A model generated the notes under the pieces. That model was not told the origin of the DNA. It ran no database searches and worked only from the letters and a program-made list of their open reading frames with translations. Positions 10,911 through 19,320 of a DNA stretch of 28,751 nt are shown here, one piece after another. Both the position numbers and the translations under genes were made by a program. This stretch comes from an uncultured Desulfatibacillum sp. (GTDB lineage: Bacteria > Desulfobacterota > Desulfobacteria > Desulfobacterales > SpSt-501): positions 1 to 28,751 of the forward strand of contig CAZEKN010000002.1 of NCBI GenBank assembly GCA_964512755.1, given 5' to 3'. How positions within the stretch are numbered: the stretch's first letter is position 1; every line of letters starts with the position of its first letter.

Positions 10911-11549
10911 ATGATTGCGATCATCGACTACAAGGCCGGTAATCTCACCAGCGTTGCCCGCGCCGTGAGCCATTTGGGATTCCCGTGTGCCGTCACTCAC
11001 GACATCACCGCAATCCGTCGGGCGCAGCGCATTATTTTCCCCGGCGTTGGCGCCGCCGGCGCCGCCATGAGCAGCCTGAAGCAGCTCGGCCTCGACGAGG
11101 TCCTGACGGAGCAGGCGGCGGCGGGCAAGCCCATCCTCGGAATTTGCATCGGCTGCCAGGTGATCATGAATCACAGCGAAGAGAACGATACCCTCTGCCT
11201 CGGCCTGGTCCCAGGACGGACGGCGGCGTTCCCGGCCGGGCTTGCGGATGAAGACGGTCGATCCCTCAAGATTCCCCACATGGGGTGGAACCGCATCCGC
11301 ATCCGCTCGGAACACCCTTTTCTGGCCGGGGTCGGTCCGGAGGATGAATTCTACTTCGTGCACAGTTTTTATCCGGTGCCCGACGATCCGCGAACGGTCC
11401 TGGCCACCTCCGATTACGGTTTGAGCTTCGCCTCGGTGATCGGCCGGGGGCATCTGGTGGCCACCCAGTTTCATCTTGAAAAAAGCGGCCGCCCCGGCCT
11501 CCGGATGCTGGGCAACTTCTGCGCCTGGAATCCTTCCGATTCGGAATAG
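10911..11549 (+). CDS. hisH: Imidazole glycerol phosphate synthase, glutamine amidotransferase subunit
   Basis: [22 protein letters not shown] (catalytic Cys), PHMGWN, YFVHS, QFHLEKS. Confidence 0.95.
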   Translation: MIAIIDYKAGNLTSVARAVSHLGFPCAVTHDITAIRRAQRIIFPGVGAAGAAMSSLKQLGLDEVLTEQAAAGKPILGICIGCQVIMNHSEENDTLCLGLVPGRTAAFPAGLADEDGRSLKIPHMGWNRIRIRSEHPFLAGVGPEDEFYFVHSFYPVPDDPRTVLATSDYGLSFASVIGRGHLVATQFHLEKSGRPGLRMLGNFCAWNPSDSE

Positions 11550-11551
11550 CC

Positions 11552-12331
11552 ATGTTGAGCAAACGCATCATCCCTTGCCTGGATGTCCGCGACGGGCGCA
11601 CCACCAAAGGGATTCGGTTCAAAGACAATGTGGATATCGGCGACCCCGTGGCGATGGCCCGGTTCTACTACGAGGCGGGGGCCGACGAGATCGTCTTTTA
11701 CGACATCACCGCGTCGCATGAGCGGCGCGGTATCATGATCGATGTCGTCCGGCGGGTGGCCGAGACCATCTTTATCCCATTTTCGGTCGGCGGCGGCGTG
11801 CGGACGCTGGAGGACATGCGCGAGGTGCTGCTGGCGGGGGCCGAGAAAGTCAGCGTCAATTCGGCGGCGGTGCGCAACCCGGATATCATTGCGCGGGGCG
11901 CCGAGGCCTTCGGCAGTCAGTGTATCGTGCTGGGTATGGACGTCAAGCACGTGAACCGGAGCCCCGCCATTCCCAGCGGCTACGAAGTCGTGATCAACGG
12001 CGGCCGGACGACCACGGGGATCGACGCGCTCCAATGGGCGCAGCGCGCTGAGAAACTAGGGGCCGGGGAGATTTGCCTGAATTCCATCGATGCCGATGGA
12101 ACCCAGGAGGGGTATGAATTGAACCTGACCTCACGGGTCTCCAGCCAGGCAGGGATCCCGGTGATCGCCTCGGGGGGCGCCGGTCGGCCGGAGCATCTTC
12201 GGGATGTCCTCACCGTTGGCCGGGCGGATGCCGCTCTGATCGCTTCGATGGTCCACTACGGCAGCCACACCATCGCCGACATTAAATCCTACTTGAAACA
12301 GTGCGGCATAGCCGTGCGACCCTGCAGCTGA
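11552..12331 (+). CDS. hisF: Imidazole glycerol phosphate synthase cyclase subunit
   Basis: [56 protein letters not shown]. Confidence 0.96.
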   Translation: MLSKRIIPCLDVRDGRTTKGIRFKDNVDIGDPVAMARFYYEAGADEIVFYDITASHERRGIMIDVVRRVAETIFIPFSVGGGVRTLEDMREVLLAGAEKVSVNSAAVRNPDIIARGAEAFGSQCIVLGMDVKHVNRSPAIPSGYEVVINGGRTTTGIDALQWAQRAEKLGAGEICLNSIDADGTQEGYELNLTSRVSSQAGIPVIASGGAGRPEHLRDVLTVGRADAALIASMVHYGSHTIADIKSYLKQCGIAVRPCS

Positions 12332-12340
12332 AAGCCGCGT

Positions 12341-12634
12341 TCAGGCGATTTCGCCAAACGGCAGAAACCCCGGCGGCGTCCGCCGCACCAAGCGTCCGTC
12401 CTCATCGTATTTTTCGACGATGATCTTGCCTTCTTCCAGTCGGTTGCGAGTCGTGGTGCTTTCCTGCGTGTCAGCTTCCGAATGCGATGTTTCGCTTTCG
12501 TTGGATTTTTCAACCGACCGTACTTCCCTTAGGGCTTCGGCTTTTTGGACACTGGCGTCCTTTTCCGCTACGCTGGCGGGCAGGCCTATCCGAGGCATCT
12601 GCTGAACAACGGTTTCTCCGATGATGTCAAACAT
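12341..12634 (-). CDS. 97-aa hypothetical protein with a FlaG-like C-terminus
   Basis: ATG at 12634 with TAAGGAGG SD fused to the upstream stop. C-terminal KIIVEKYDEDGRLVRRTPP resembles the FlaG V-x-V-x-D-x-x-T-G-E-V-I-R-Q-I-P-P motif (by eye). Confidence 0.65.
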   Translation of the reverse strand: MFDIIGETVVQQMPRIGLPASVAEKDASVQKAEALREVRSVEKSNESETSHSEADTQESTTTRNRLEEGKIIVEKYDEDGRLVRRTPPGFLPFGEIA

Positions 12635-12644
12635 GGCGTCCTCC

Positions 12645-13010
12645 TTATTCTTCGGGGTCACCCAGGGCTGAAGGGATGTTGCTTTTGACGTTGATGGAAT
12701 CCGCCGCGCGGTAGGTGAATTCCATCGGGAGCGTCTCCCCCGCACTTTCGGAACCGGCGTCGGTCTCATTCATGGGGTACCGACCGGTTTTGCCGGCGCT
12801 CGAAAGCGCCACCACATCCATGACTTTATCCAGAACTTGCCGCGAAATCTTGTTCATGGCGGCGACGCGGCTGGTATCTGACGAAAGGGTCAATTCATCC
12901 ACAGATTTCTTCGAAAACTCGCCGGCAATGGTTTCTCTTTCGCGGGCGCGGCTCAACTTCTTGCTGTAGCACTCAAGCACGTTATGCATTTGATAACGGG
13001 TGACCTGCAT
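12645..13010 (-). CDS. DVU0524-family (FlgM-associated)-like protein, 121 aa
   Basis: N-terminal YQMHNVLECYSKKL followed by DELTLSS, recalled as the DVU0524-family pattern. AGGAGG SD and a sigma28 promoter lie immediately upstream. Confidence 0.7.
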   Translation of the reverse strand: MQVTRYQMHNVLECYSKKLSRARERETIAGEFSKKSVDELTLSSDTSRVAAMNKISRQVLDKVMDVVALSSAGKTGRYPMNETDAGSESAGETLPMEFTYRAADSINVKSNIPSALGDPEE

Positions 13011-13031
13011 GATAGAGCCCTCCTGTGGGCT

Positions 13032-13059
13032 TTATCGGCCGGGCGATCCCCATACTTTA
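13032..13059 (-). promoter_or_regulatory. sigma28 (FliA) promoter
   Basis: TAAAGTAT (13059-13052), N12, GCCGATAA (13039-13032). Enteric consensus is TAAAGTTT-N11-GCCGATAA. The -10 is a perfect match, 21 nt before the ATG. Confidence 0.7.
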
Positions 13060-13106
13060 GCAAAAAATGCGGATCCGGAGGGGTGCGATGAAACGCAAGG
13101 GAAGGT

Positions 13107-13154
13107 CGGGCGACCTGAAAGGCCGGTTTTCCCGGAGCCAAGCAAGGTCGCCCG
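13107..13154. terminator. 10-bp inverted repeat downstream of fba, possible terminator
   Basis: CGGGCGACCT (13107-13116) pairs with AGGTCGCCCG (13145-13154). No clear U-tract. Confidence 0.35.
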
Positions 13155-13189
13155 GCGGTGGATTGGATCGGCGGCGGAGCCACCCCGCG

Positions 13190-14485
13190 TCAGTCGTCGA
13201 AGTTCCCCAGGGGTCCCTGGTTCGGCTGCAGCGCGGCCGCCCGTTCCTTGATTTTTTCCGGCGTCCAATCGGCGGCCTTTTCGATGCGCCGAGCCTTCGG
13301 GCCCGGAGTATAAGTGTCGGCTTTCAGAATCGCCTCGATGGCCAGCGGCGCGGTGTCCCGGGCGTTGAAGACGTCGACCATCATGTGATAGGCGAAATCC
13401 TCCACCGCCGCGACCATCCGCTGCCGCACTTCGCGCGGCTGGCCGAGCATCTTGTTTTCAAAGGGGAGGTTGAGCTTCTTGTAGTCCCCCCCCTTGATGC
13501 TGCGCGCCTGGGCGAAGGCCACCATTTCAGCCCACAACGCGTCGGTGACGCCGCAGTCCGGCCGTTTGACGAATTGTCCCTGGGCGTCAAGAAAGGCATT
13601 GCCGTAGTCGTTCACCTCCAAACCCCATGAGATCATCTGCAGCGCGGTGGCAACGTTGGCCTTGGTCGTGCGGGTTCTGGCCGCAATTTCCCTCAGCCGC
13701 TCAGAGCTGTTGCCGGAGGTGCCGTGCTGCGCCCCGGAAACCTTGTATTTGGCGATCGTACCGTGGATCCGTCGGGTGAGGTCCACCTGGATCCCGGAGT
13801 CGCTGGCTTCAATACCGTGCGTCGTGCCGTTGTTGAGGGCAATCCAGTCCGGAAAGATGCCGTGGGCGTTCAGTCCCTGGATCAGAAAGGCCGCCTCTTC
13901 CGGCGTGGATAAGCCCTCTTTGCCCTTGATCTCGCCGACCTCCGTTTCCAGGCCGGCCCATTTCGGCACGTAGGGACCCAGCTCGATGCTCGCCAGAAGG
14001 TTCTGGTCATCCGGGAGGTGGGAGGCATCGATTGCGATGGAGGTGATGCCGGCGTCGAACATGGAAGGAATCTCGGTCTTGGCAGCCTCGATGTCCTTGG
14101 CGCCCTTTATGCCGTAATGGTCAGCATGAACGGCAACCGGAACGGTAATGCCCATTTCGTTGCATAAGGCGTCGACCGACTGCGCCATGTTCCAGAAATT
14201 CACCGCGCAGTAAGCGTTGGAGCCGCCTTCGGACTTGGCGATTTCGATGATGAGCGCCGCATTGGCCTTTTGAGCCGCGCGCAGCGCGCCCCGGATGACG
14301 AACGCGTTGCGGCCGTTGGCGGCGATGGCGACGGCCTGGCCCTTCATAAGCATGGCGCGGTCAATGTATTTACCGCTGACGATGAGGGCTTGAGAATGGG
14401 GGAACAATTTGGTGATGTTCGGCGGCCGGCCGACGGCCAGCGCCTTCTTGAAACCCTTCGGGACCTGTGTCTTGGTAGCAGGCAT
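13190..14485 (-). CDS. fba: Class II fructose-bisphosphate aldolase (long type)
   Basis: IAANGRN, VHADHYG, AIDASH, ETEVGEI, NNGTTHG, AQHGTSG, KANVATALQ. AAGGAGG SD. Confidence 0.9.
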   Translation of the reverse strand: MPATKTQVPKGFKKALAVGRPPNITKLFPHSQALIVSGKYIDRAMLMKGQAVAIAANGRNAFVIRGALRAAQKANAALIIEIAKSEGGSNAYCAVNFWNMAQSVDALCNEMGITVPVAVHADHYGIKGAKDIEAAKTEIPSMFDAGITSIAIDASHLPDDQNLLASIELGPYVPKWAGLETEVGEIKGKEGLSTPEEAAFLIQGLNAHGIFPDWIALNNGTTHGIEASDSGIQVDLTRRIHGTIAKYKVSGAQHGTSGNSSERLREIAARTRTTKANVATALQMISWGLEVNDYGNAFLDAQGQFVKRPDCGVTDALWAEMVAFAQARSIKGGDYKKLNLPFENKMLGQPREVRQRMVAAVEDFAYHMMVDVFNARDTAPLAIEAILKADTYTPGPKARRIEKAADWTPEKIKERAAALQPNQGPLGNFDD

Positions 14486-14621
14486 GAGGGGACCTCCTTT
14501 TGACCATATTTATGGTTGGGGATAATTGCCAGTGCGATCGCCGGATCGTTGAACCAGCAATACGTTCGAAAGGCCTGCCATCTGGCGGCATGCCTCAGAG
14601 ACGGCTTCGGGAGACGGGGCT

Positions 14622-14651
14622 AACTTAGCGAGGATTACACAAAAATGTCAA
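14622..14651 (-). promoter_or_regulatory. Possible sigma70 promoter for fba
   Basis: TTGACA (14651-14646), N18, TAAGTT (14627-14622). Confidence 0.4.
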
Positions 14652-14928
14652 CTATCTGCCCGGTGGCGCCAGCCGCAGAGGTCTCAAGGGTCCGCCTCAG
14701 CGAATAGATTGGATGCGGCCGGCTTTGCCGGAGGGAGCCTGCGGCCATGTAAACGGAAGCGGTGTTTTCATGAGGATTTGACGGCCTGGAGGCAAGACCC
14801 GGCGCCGGCCGCATGCATCCCTCCACCCGGTGGTTTAACAAGCCCTGACGGGGATCATAGCGAACCAAGCTGTATTCTTCACGGATCGGCATTCGGTACC
14901 GCGTAATCAGAAAGTCATCCCGGTGCAC
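14635..14928 (-). CDS. Hypothetical small protein (start 14928 GTG or 14892 ATG) ending TGQIVDIFV
   Basis: Only ORF that fills the DUF4124-fba gap in the locus orientation. A sigma70-like promoter lies just upstream and the C-terminus has a G-x-x-V-D-I-x-V tail. No SD. Confidence 0.4.
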   Translation of the reverse strand: MHRDDFLITRYRMPIREEYSLVRYDPRQGLLNHRVEGCMRPAPGLASRPSNPHENTASVYMAAGSLRQSRPHPIYSLRRTLETSAAGATGQIVDIFV

Positions 14929-14948
14929 ATCAATCTATCATCTTAATT

Positions 14949-14977
14949 ATTTTATACGGTTTCAGCGGCAAATTCAA
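14949..14977 (-). promoter_or_regulatory. sigma70-type promoter
   Basis: TTGAAT (14977-14972), N17, TAAAAT (14954-14949), in an AT-rich patch. Confidence 0.5.
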
Positions 14978-15017
14978 GATAACGTCTGATCGAGAAAGGG
15001 TCTTTGGCTGGGTCATT

Positions 15018-15046
15018 CCGGGCGGAGCGGGAGGTGCCCCGCCCGG
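15018..15046. terminator. GC-rich hairpin after the DUF4124 gene
   Basis: CCGGGCGG/CCGCCCGG 8-bp arms, 13 nt past the stop. No U-tract. Confidence 0.35.
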
Positions 15047-15059
15047 TGCACGTGGCGGG

Positions 15060-15623
15060 CTATTTCTTGGCCGATTGGGCCAATTTGGCGTTTTCTTCGG
15101 TCACTCGCGCATTATAGGCTTCAACCTGTTTACGCAAATCGTTGCTGCGCGCCTCATAGTCGCCGGCCCTTTGATTGAACGCTTCCACCCGTTTATTGTA
15201 GTCGGCGACTTGTTCCCGAGTCTTGGGCACCTCTTTTTCTTTGCCCAATGCCTCCTTCTCGCTGGCGAGCGCCTGGTAATCGGCATCGATCTGCTTTTTC
15301 ATCGCTTCCAGGCGAGCCCGGGTGCTATCGAGCGGATCTTCCGCTACGGAGGTTGCCAGCGCGGCCTCGGCAGGGGCCTCGTTGGCGGCATTGCCTCCGG
15401 CCGCCTCTTTTTCGACGCCGCCCGCGGACACGGTGGCATCCGCAGCGTCGGACGATGCGGCCGCGTAACTGCGGATGTGGTTCCTCTGATTCTCCGGGAC
15501 TTGGTTGATATCGTCCGTAAATCGGACGTTGCCTTGTTTATCCAAATACTTGTAAAACTCTGCCGATGCCGGCGTCGCAACCGCTAAGCCTATCAGCAGA
15601 ACCATGAAAACTGTCCATTTCAT
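15060..15623 (-). CDS. Secreted DUF4124-domain protein with a C-terminal coiled coil
   Basis: Signal peptide ending PASA, then FYKYLDKQGNVRFTDD (DUF4124 pattern), an Ala-rich linker and heptad-like helices. GGGAGGAG SD. Confidence 0.85.
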   Translation of the reverse strand: MKWTVFMVLLIGLAVATPASAEFYKYLDKQGNVRFTDDINQVPENQRNHIRSYAAASSDAADATVSAGGVEKEAAGGNAANEAPAEAALATSVAEDPLDSTRARLEAMKKQIDADYQALASEKEALGKEKEVPKTREQVADYNKRVEAFNQRAGDYEARSNDLRKQVEAYNARVTEENAKLAQSAKK

Positions 15624-15665
15624 GCTCGTCTCCTCCCATTTTTTCGGGGATACGCTCCTACTACC

Positions 15666-15692
15666 CTATCCGCCGTTTGAAAGAAAACTTTA
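15666..15692 (-). promoter_or_regulatory. sigma28 (FliA) promoter for the DUF4124 gene
   Basis: TAAAGTTT (15692-15685, perfect -35), N11, GCGGATAG (15673-15666, 6/8 match to GCCGATAA), 42 nt before the ATG. Confidence 0.6.
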
Positions 15693-15747
15693 GCGTTTCT
15701 ATTCGGAGGATCGGATTCAGAATTCTTCCCGCACTTACCGGAATATT

Positions 15748-15775
15748 TTGACAAACACGGATACTCGTGTAAATT
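15748..15775 (+). promoter_or_regulatory. Possible sigma70 promoter for the LpoA-like gene
   Basis: TTGACA (15748-15753), N16, TAAATT (15770-15775). Confidence 0.4.
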
Positions 15776-15841
15776 GCCGGGTGCAGCAACGGCCGTTGCA
15801 GTTGCCTGTGGTCGAACTCGAAATGTTGAAATGAGGGGTGT

Positions 15842-17776
15842 ATGAACAACCGGCTATGCCGTTATCTGTTGGCCAGCCTGATGGTGGCCGTGCTCTGCTC
15901 AGCCTGTGTTTCGCGGCCCAAACCGGGCCTGGCGCCGATTCCCAAGACCCGAGCGGTGGCGGATCAGCTTTTTCAGCAGGCTGAACAGAAATACCAGGCG
16001 AGCGCATTTCCCGAGGCGTTGGCCCTGTATTCAGATTATCTGTCCCGCTACCCGGATGAACCGCTGGCAGCGGCGGCACTCATGCGAATCGGCGGCATCC
16101 ATGGCCAACAGGGGAACGTGGCTCAGGCGCGCAAGGCCTATTCCCAGTTAGTTTCCGATTATCCGTCCAGCCCTCAACATCCGGAGGCCGTGCTGGAGCT
16201 TCTCAGCATGTTGCTGCGCGAGGGGAAATACTCCGATGTCGTTTCCCAGAGCGCCGAAGCCCTGAAAATCGTCGGCGCGGCATCCCAACAAACACGGGCG
16301 TTCACGCTGGCCGGCGACGCTCATGCCGCCCTTGGCGCACATCTGAAATCGGTTGAGGCTTATGTCCGGGCGCTGCGGCTGGCGGCGCCGAGCGAACAGG
16401 ACTTGATCGTGCCGAAGCTGCGGGCGGCCATCTTGCGGTTGAATGTCCAGGATGTAACCACCCTGGCGGGAAGGGCCGAGGACGATATTCCGATGGACTA
16501 CCTCCTGTTTCAGGCCGGCATGGTCATGGGCCGGGAGGGTCGGGGGGCCGAGGCGGCGATTCTACTGCGATCCTTTCTTCAGCGCTATCCGGAGCATGAA
16601 CATACCGGGCGAGCGCAGAAAGCTATCGGCGAAATGGCCAAGGCCCCCCATCTGGAGCGCCGGGTGCTGGGGTGCCTGTTGCCTTTGAGCGGTTCTTACC
16701 AGGCTATCGGCCAACGCGCGTTACGCGGAATCGAACTGGCCGTCAGCATACACAATTCGGCGAACGCAGAGACGCCGGTGCAAGTCATCGTCAAGGATAC
16801 GGCCTCGGAGGCTGACGCCACGCTTCTGGCGCTGCGGGAATTGGCGCATGAAGGAGTGTCCGCCGTCATCGGTCCCATGGTGCATGCGGAAGCGGTCGTT
16901 CACGAGGCCCAGGCCATCGGGATGCCCATCATCGCCATCACGCAGAAGGAGGGCGTGACCGGAGCGGGCGACCATGTCTTCCGCAATTTCATCACGCCGG
17001 CGGCCCAGGTGCGTTCCCTGGTCGCCTACGCCATGACCCGGCTGGGAGCCAGCCAGGCGGTCATTCTCTATCCGGATGAACCTTATGGCCGGACGTTCAT
17101 GGGGCTCTTCCGCGATGAATTCCAGGCGCGCGGTGGGGAGGTTCTCACCGCCGTGGCCTACAGTCCGTCGGCGACCGATTTTTCAGCGCCCATCAAAAAA
17201 TTGCTTCGGTTTTCGCAGAAAATTCCCAGGGAATCGCGTCCCGACCGGGATTCGCGGACCGCTGCCCGGCGCAGCCGGATCGAAGAAAAAGACTATGATC
17301 TGGCCTTCGATTTCCAGGCGGTCTTCATACCGGATGAACCCGGCAAGGCCGGCATGCTCGTCCCGCAGCTGGCTTACCACGATGTCAAAGGCGTCCACCT
17401 GCTGGGCACCAACCTCTGGCACTCGGAGGCGTTGATCCAGCATGCCGGGCCCTATGTCCAGGGGGCCATCATGCCGGATGCCTTTCTGGCCGACAGCACC
17501 GAGCCGACGGTCGGCCGATTCGTGAGTGCCTTCGAGCAGACTTACCAGGGCAAGCCGGGGTCCATCGAGGCCATGGCCTATGATACGGCCAGGATCCTCT
17601 CGGACGTGGTCAGCCGGCCCGGGGTGCGGTTTCGTAGTGATGTGGCCGCTGCGCTGCACGCCTCAGAAGGTTTTTCCGGGGCTACCGGGTATACCCGCTT
17701 CCTGCCGAACGGCGATTGCGATAAAGAGCTGCGCATTCTGGAGGTAAGAGGCAAGCGGTTCGTCGAGCTAAGGTAG
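15842..17776 (+). CDS. Penicillin-binding protein activator (LpoA/LppC-like) lipoprotein with TPR repeats
   Basis: Lipobox-like LCSAC, TPR-like helices (EALALYSDYLSRYP, YSQLVSDYPSS), C-terminal periplasmic-binding-protein-like fold (GCLLPLSGSY, VIGP, AMAYDTA). Confidence 0.85.
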   Translation: MNNRLCRYLLASLMVAVLCSACVSRPKPGLAPIPKTRAVADQLFQQAEQKYQASAFPEALALYSDYLSRYPDEPLAAAALMRIGGIHGQQGNVAQARKAYSQLVSDYPSSPQHPEAVLELLSMLLREGKYSDVVSQSAEALKIVGAASQQTRAFTLAGDAHAALGAHLKSVEAYVRALRLAAPSEQDLIVPKLRAAILRLNVQDVTTLAGRAEDDIPMDYLLFQAGMVMGREGRGAEAAILLRSFLQRYPEHEHTGRAQKAIGEMAKAPHLERRVLGCLLPLSGSYQAIGQRALRGIELAVSIHNSANAETPVQVIVKDTASEADATLLALRELAHEGVSAVIGPMVHAEAVVHEAQAIGMPIIAITQKEGVTGAGDHVFRNFITPAAQVRSLVAYAMTRLGASQAVILYPDEPYGRTFMGLFRDEFQARGGEVLTAVAYSPSATDFSAPIKKLLRFSQKIPRESRPDRDSRTAARRSRIEEKDYDLAFDFQAVFIPDEPGKAGMLVPQLAYHDVKGVHLLGTNLWHSEALIQHAGPYVQGAIMPDAFLADSTEPTVGRFVSAFEQTYQGKPGSIEAMAYDTARILSDVVSRPGVRFRSDVAAALHASEGFSGATGYTRFLPNGDCDKELRILEVRGKRFVELR

Positions 17777-17907
17777 TCGGAACGAGTCAGCCCTGTCGTC
17801 GGAGACCGGCTGCCGGCGCGGCCTCGTGTTATGGGAATCGTCGAGTTCGGCGCGGAGGAGTGCGCGGCGCATTCCAGGGATGTCTCTTACCGTGCGCGTG
17901 CCGTCGG

Positions 17908-19239
17908 CTACCTCGTTTCGTTTATCAAGGAGCCCTGGCCGGTGGCTTCCAAGGCGCTGCGCCAGAGCATACCGCGGGGATCGACATGCTTGCGCTTTCC
18001 GGCCAGAAGTTTCATGGGAACGTGCACGAAGTGGTTGTTCCAATTTCCGATCAGAAGGTCCGTCTTTCCGGCCATGCCGGCATGCACGGCGTTGCGGCCT
18101 AAGAAATTGCAAAAAACCCGGTCGTTGGCATTGGCCGGCAGGCTGCGGATCATGTAACTCGGATCAATATACTTGATCGAAATCTGAACCTGGCGTTCCT
18201 CAAAATAGGACAGGATTTTTTGTTTGAGGAACATCCCGATGTCCTTCAGTTTGATGTTGCCCGAAAGATCCCGTTCTTTTTCCTCGTGTTCGAAGAATTT
18301 CTGACCGGCCCCTTCCGCCACGACGATGACGGCGTGCCCTCTTTCAGCCAATCGCTTTTCCAAGGTGCCGAGAAGGCCGTTGGTACCGTCCAGATCGAAA
18401 TCCACCTCGGGGATCAGGACATAGTTGACATCTTGCTGAGCCAGGGTGGCAGTAGCGGCAATGAACCCCGAGTGGCGGCCCATCAGCTTGATGAGGCCGA
18501 TGCCGTTGGGGTAGCCATCGGCTTCATTGCTGGCGCTGACGATGGCCCGGGTCGAGACGTCTACGGCGGTGTCGAAACCGAAAGACCGAGAGACCAGGTA
18601 GATGTCATTGTCGATGGTTTTGGGCAGGCCGACCACGCTGATTTTCAAGCCGCGTTTCAGCACCACATCGGCAATGGAGGTGGCCGCTTGCAGGGTTCCG
18701 TCGCCGCCGATCATGAACAGAATTCCGATGCTCATGCGTTCCAGGGTGTCGACGATTTCGTCGATATCCTGCGGGCCGCGGCTGGAGCCGATGACCGTAC
18801 CGCCGCGTTCATGGATGTTGAGCACGGCATTCGGCGTGAGTTCCATGAAATCGTAGCCATAACGCGGGATAAAGCCGCGCAGTCCGTACCGCACACCGAA
18901 TATGTTGCGGACGCCATATCCGTAATGAAGCTCCAAGACGATGGAACGGATCAGATCGTTCAATCCCGGACAAAGCCCGCCGCACATCACCAGGGCGCAC
19001 TTGAGTTTGCTCGGATCAAAAAAGATCTGCTTGCGGGGCCCGGCCAACTCGTAGGAAGGCGGCGTTGGCCCTTCAGCCAGTTGCTGGCACGCGCGGTTGA
19101 CGTTGACTTCAATCAGGATGCGGTCTTCGTCGGATACATAACTGATGCTGTGAGTACCCTGCCCGCGCTTGCTGACCGGGCTGGGGATGCGGCAGTCACC
19201 GAGGGTGGTGATGAGGGTGTTGGGTGATTCGAGGTGCAT
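17908..19239 (-). CDS. pfkA: 6-phosphofructokinase (PfkA family, group X-like, probably ATP-dependent)
   Basis: CGGLCPGLN, GSSRG, IGGDGT, PKTIDND, MGRHSG, VAEGAGQ, YIDPSYMIRS. ATG at 19239 with an AGGA SD. Confidence 0.93.
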   Translation of the reverse strand: MHLESPNTLITTLGDCRIPSPVSKRGQGTHSISYVSDEDRILIEVNVNRACQQLAEGPTPPSYELAGPRKQIFFDPSKLKCALVMCGGLCPGLNDLIRSIVLELHYGYGVRNIFGVRYGLRGFIPRYGYDFMELTPNAVLNIHERGGTVIGSSRGPQDIDEIVDTLERMSIGILFMIGGDGTLQAATSIADVVLKRGLKISVVGLPKTIDNDIYLVSRSFGFDTAVDVSTRAIVSASNEADGYPNGIGLIKLMGRHSGFIAATATLAQQDVNYVLIPEVDFDLDGTNGLLGTLEKRLAERGHAVIVVAEGAGQKFFEHEEKERDLSGNIKLKDIGMFLKQKILSYFEERQVQISIKYIDPSYMIRSLPANANDRVFCNFLGRNAVHAGMAGKTDLLIGNWNNHFVHVPMKLLAGKRKHVDPRGMLWRSALEATGQGSLINETR

Positions 19240-19291
19240 GGGAAATCCTATATCGTTTGGTTCAGCCAAGTATTGATGGCGCAAAAAAATA

Positions 19292-19320
19292 TTGACAAAT
19301 CAAATTTTGTTGATTAGATT
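19292..19320 (+). promoter_or_regulatory. Strong sigma70-type promoter for the PxxKW gene
   Basis: TTGACA (19292-19297), N17, TAGATT (19315-19320), with an upstream A-tract. Confidence 0.65.

Noticed and set aside
14907-14930. Mini-ORF MCTGMTF after the 14977 promoter, as a possible leader peptide
   Set aside because: 7 codons, no SD, no amino-acid run and no attenuator structure.
17777-17907. ORFs and hairpins in the gap between the LpoA-like gene and pfk
   Set aside because: The ORFs run antisense into pfk, and the stems are short with no U-tract.
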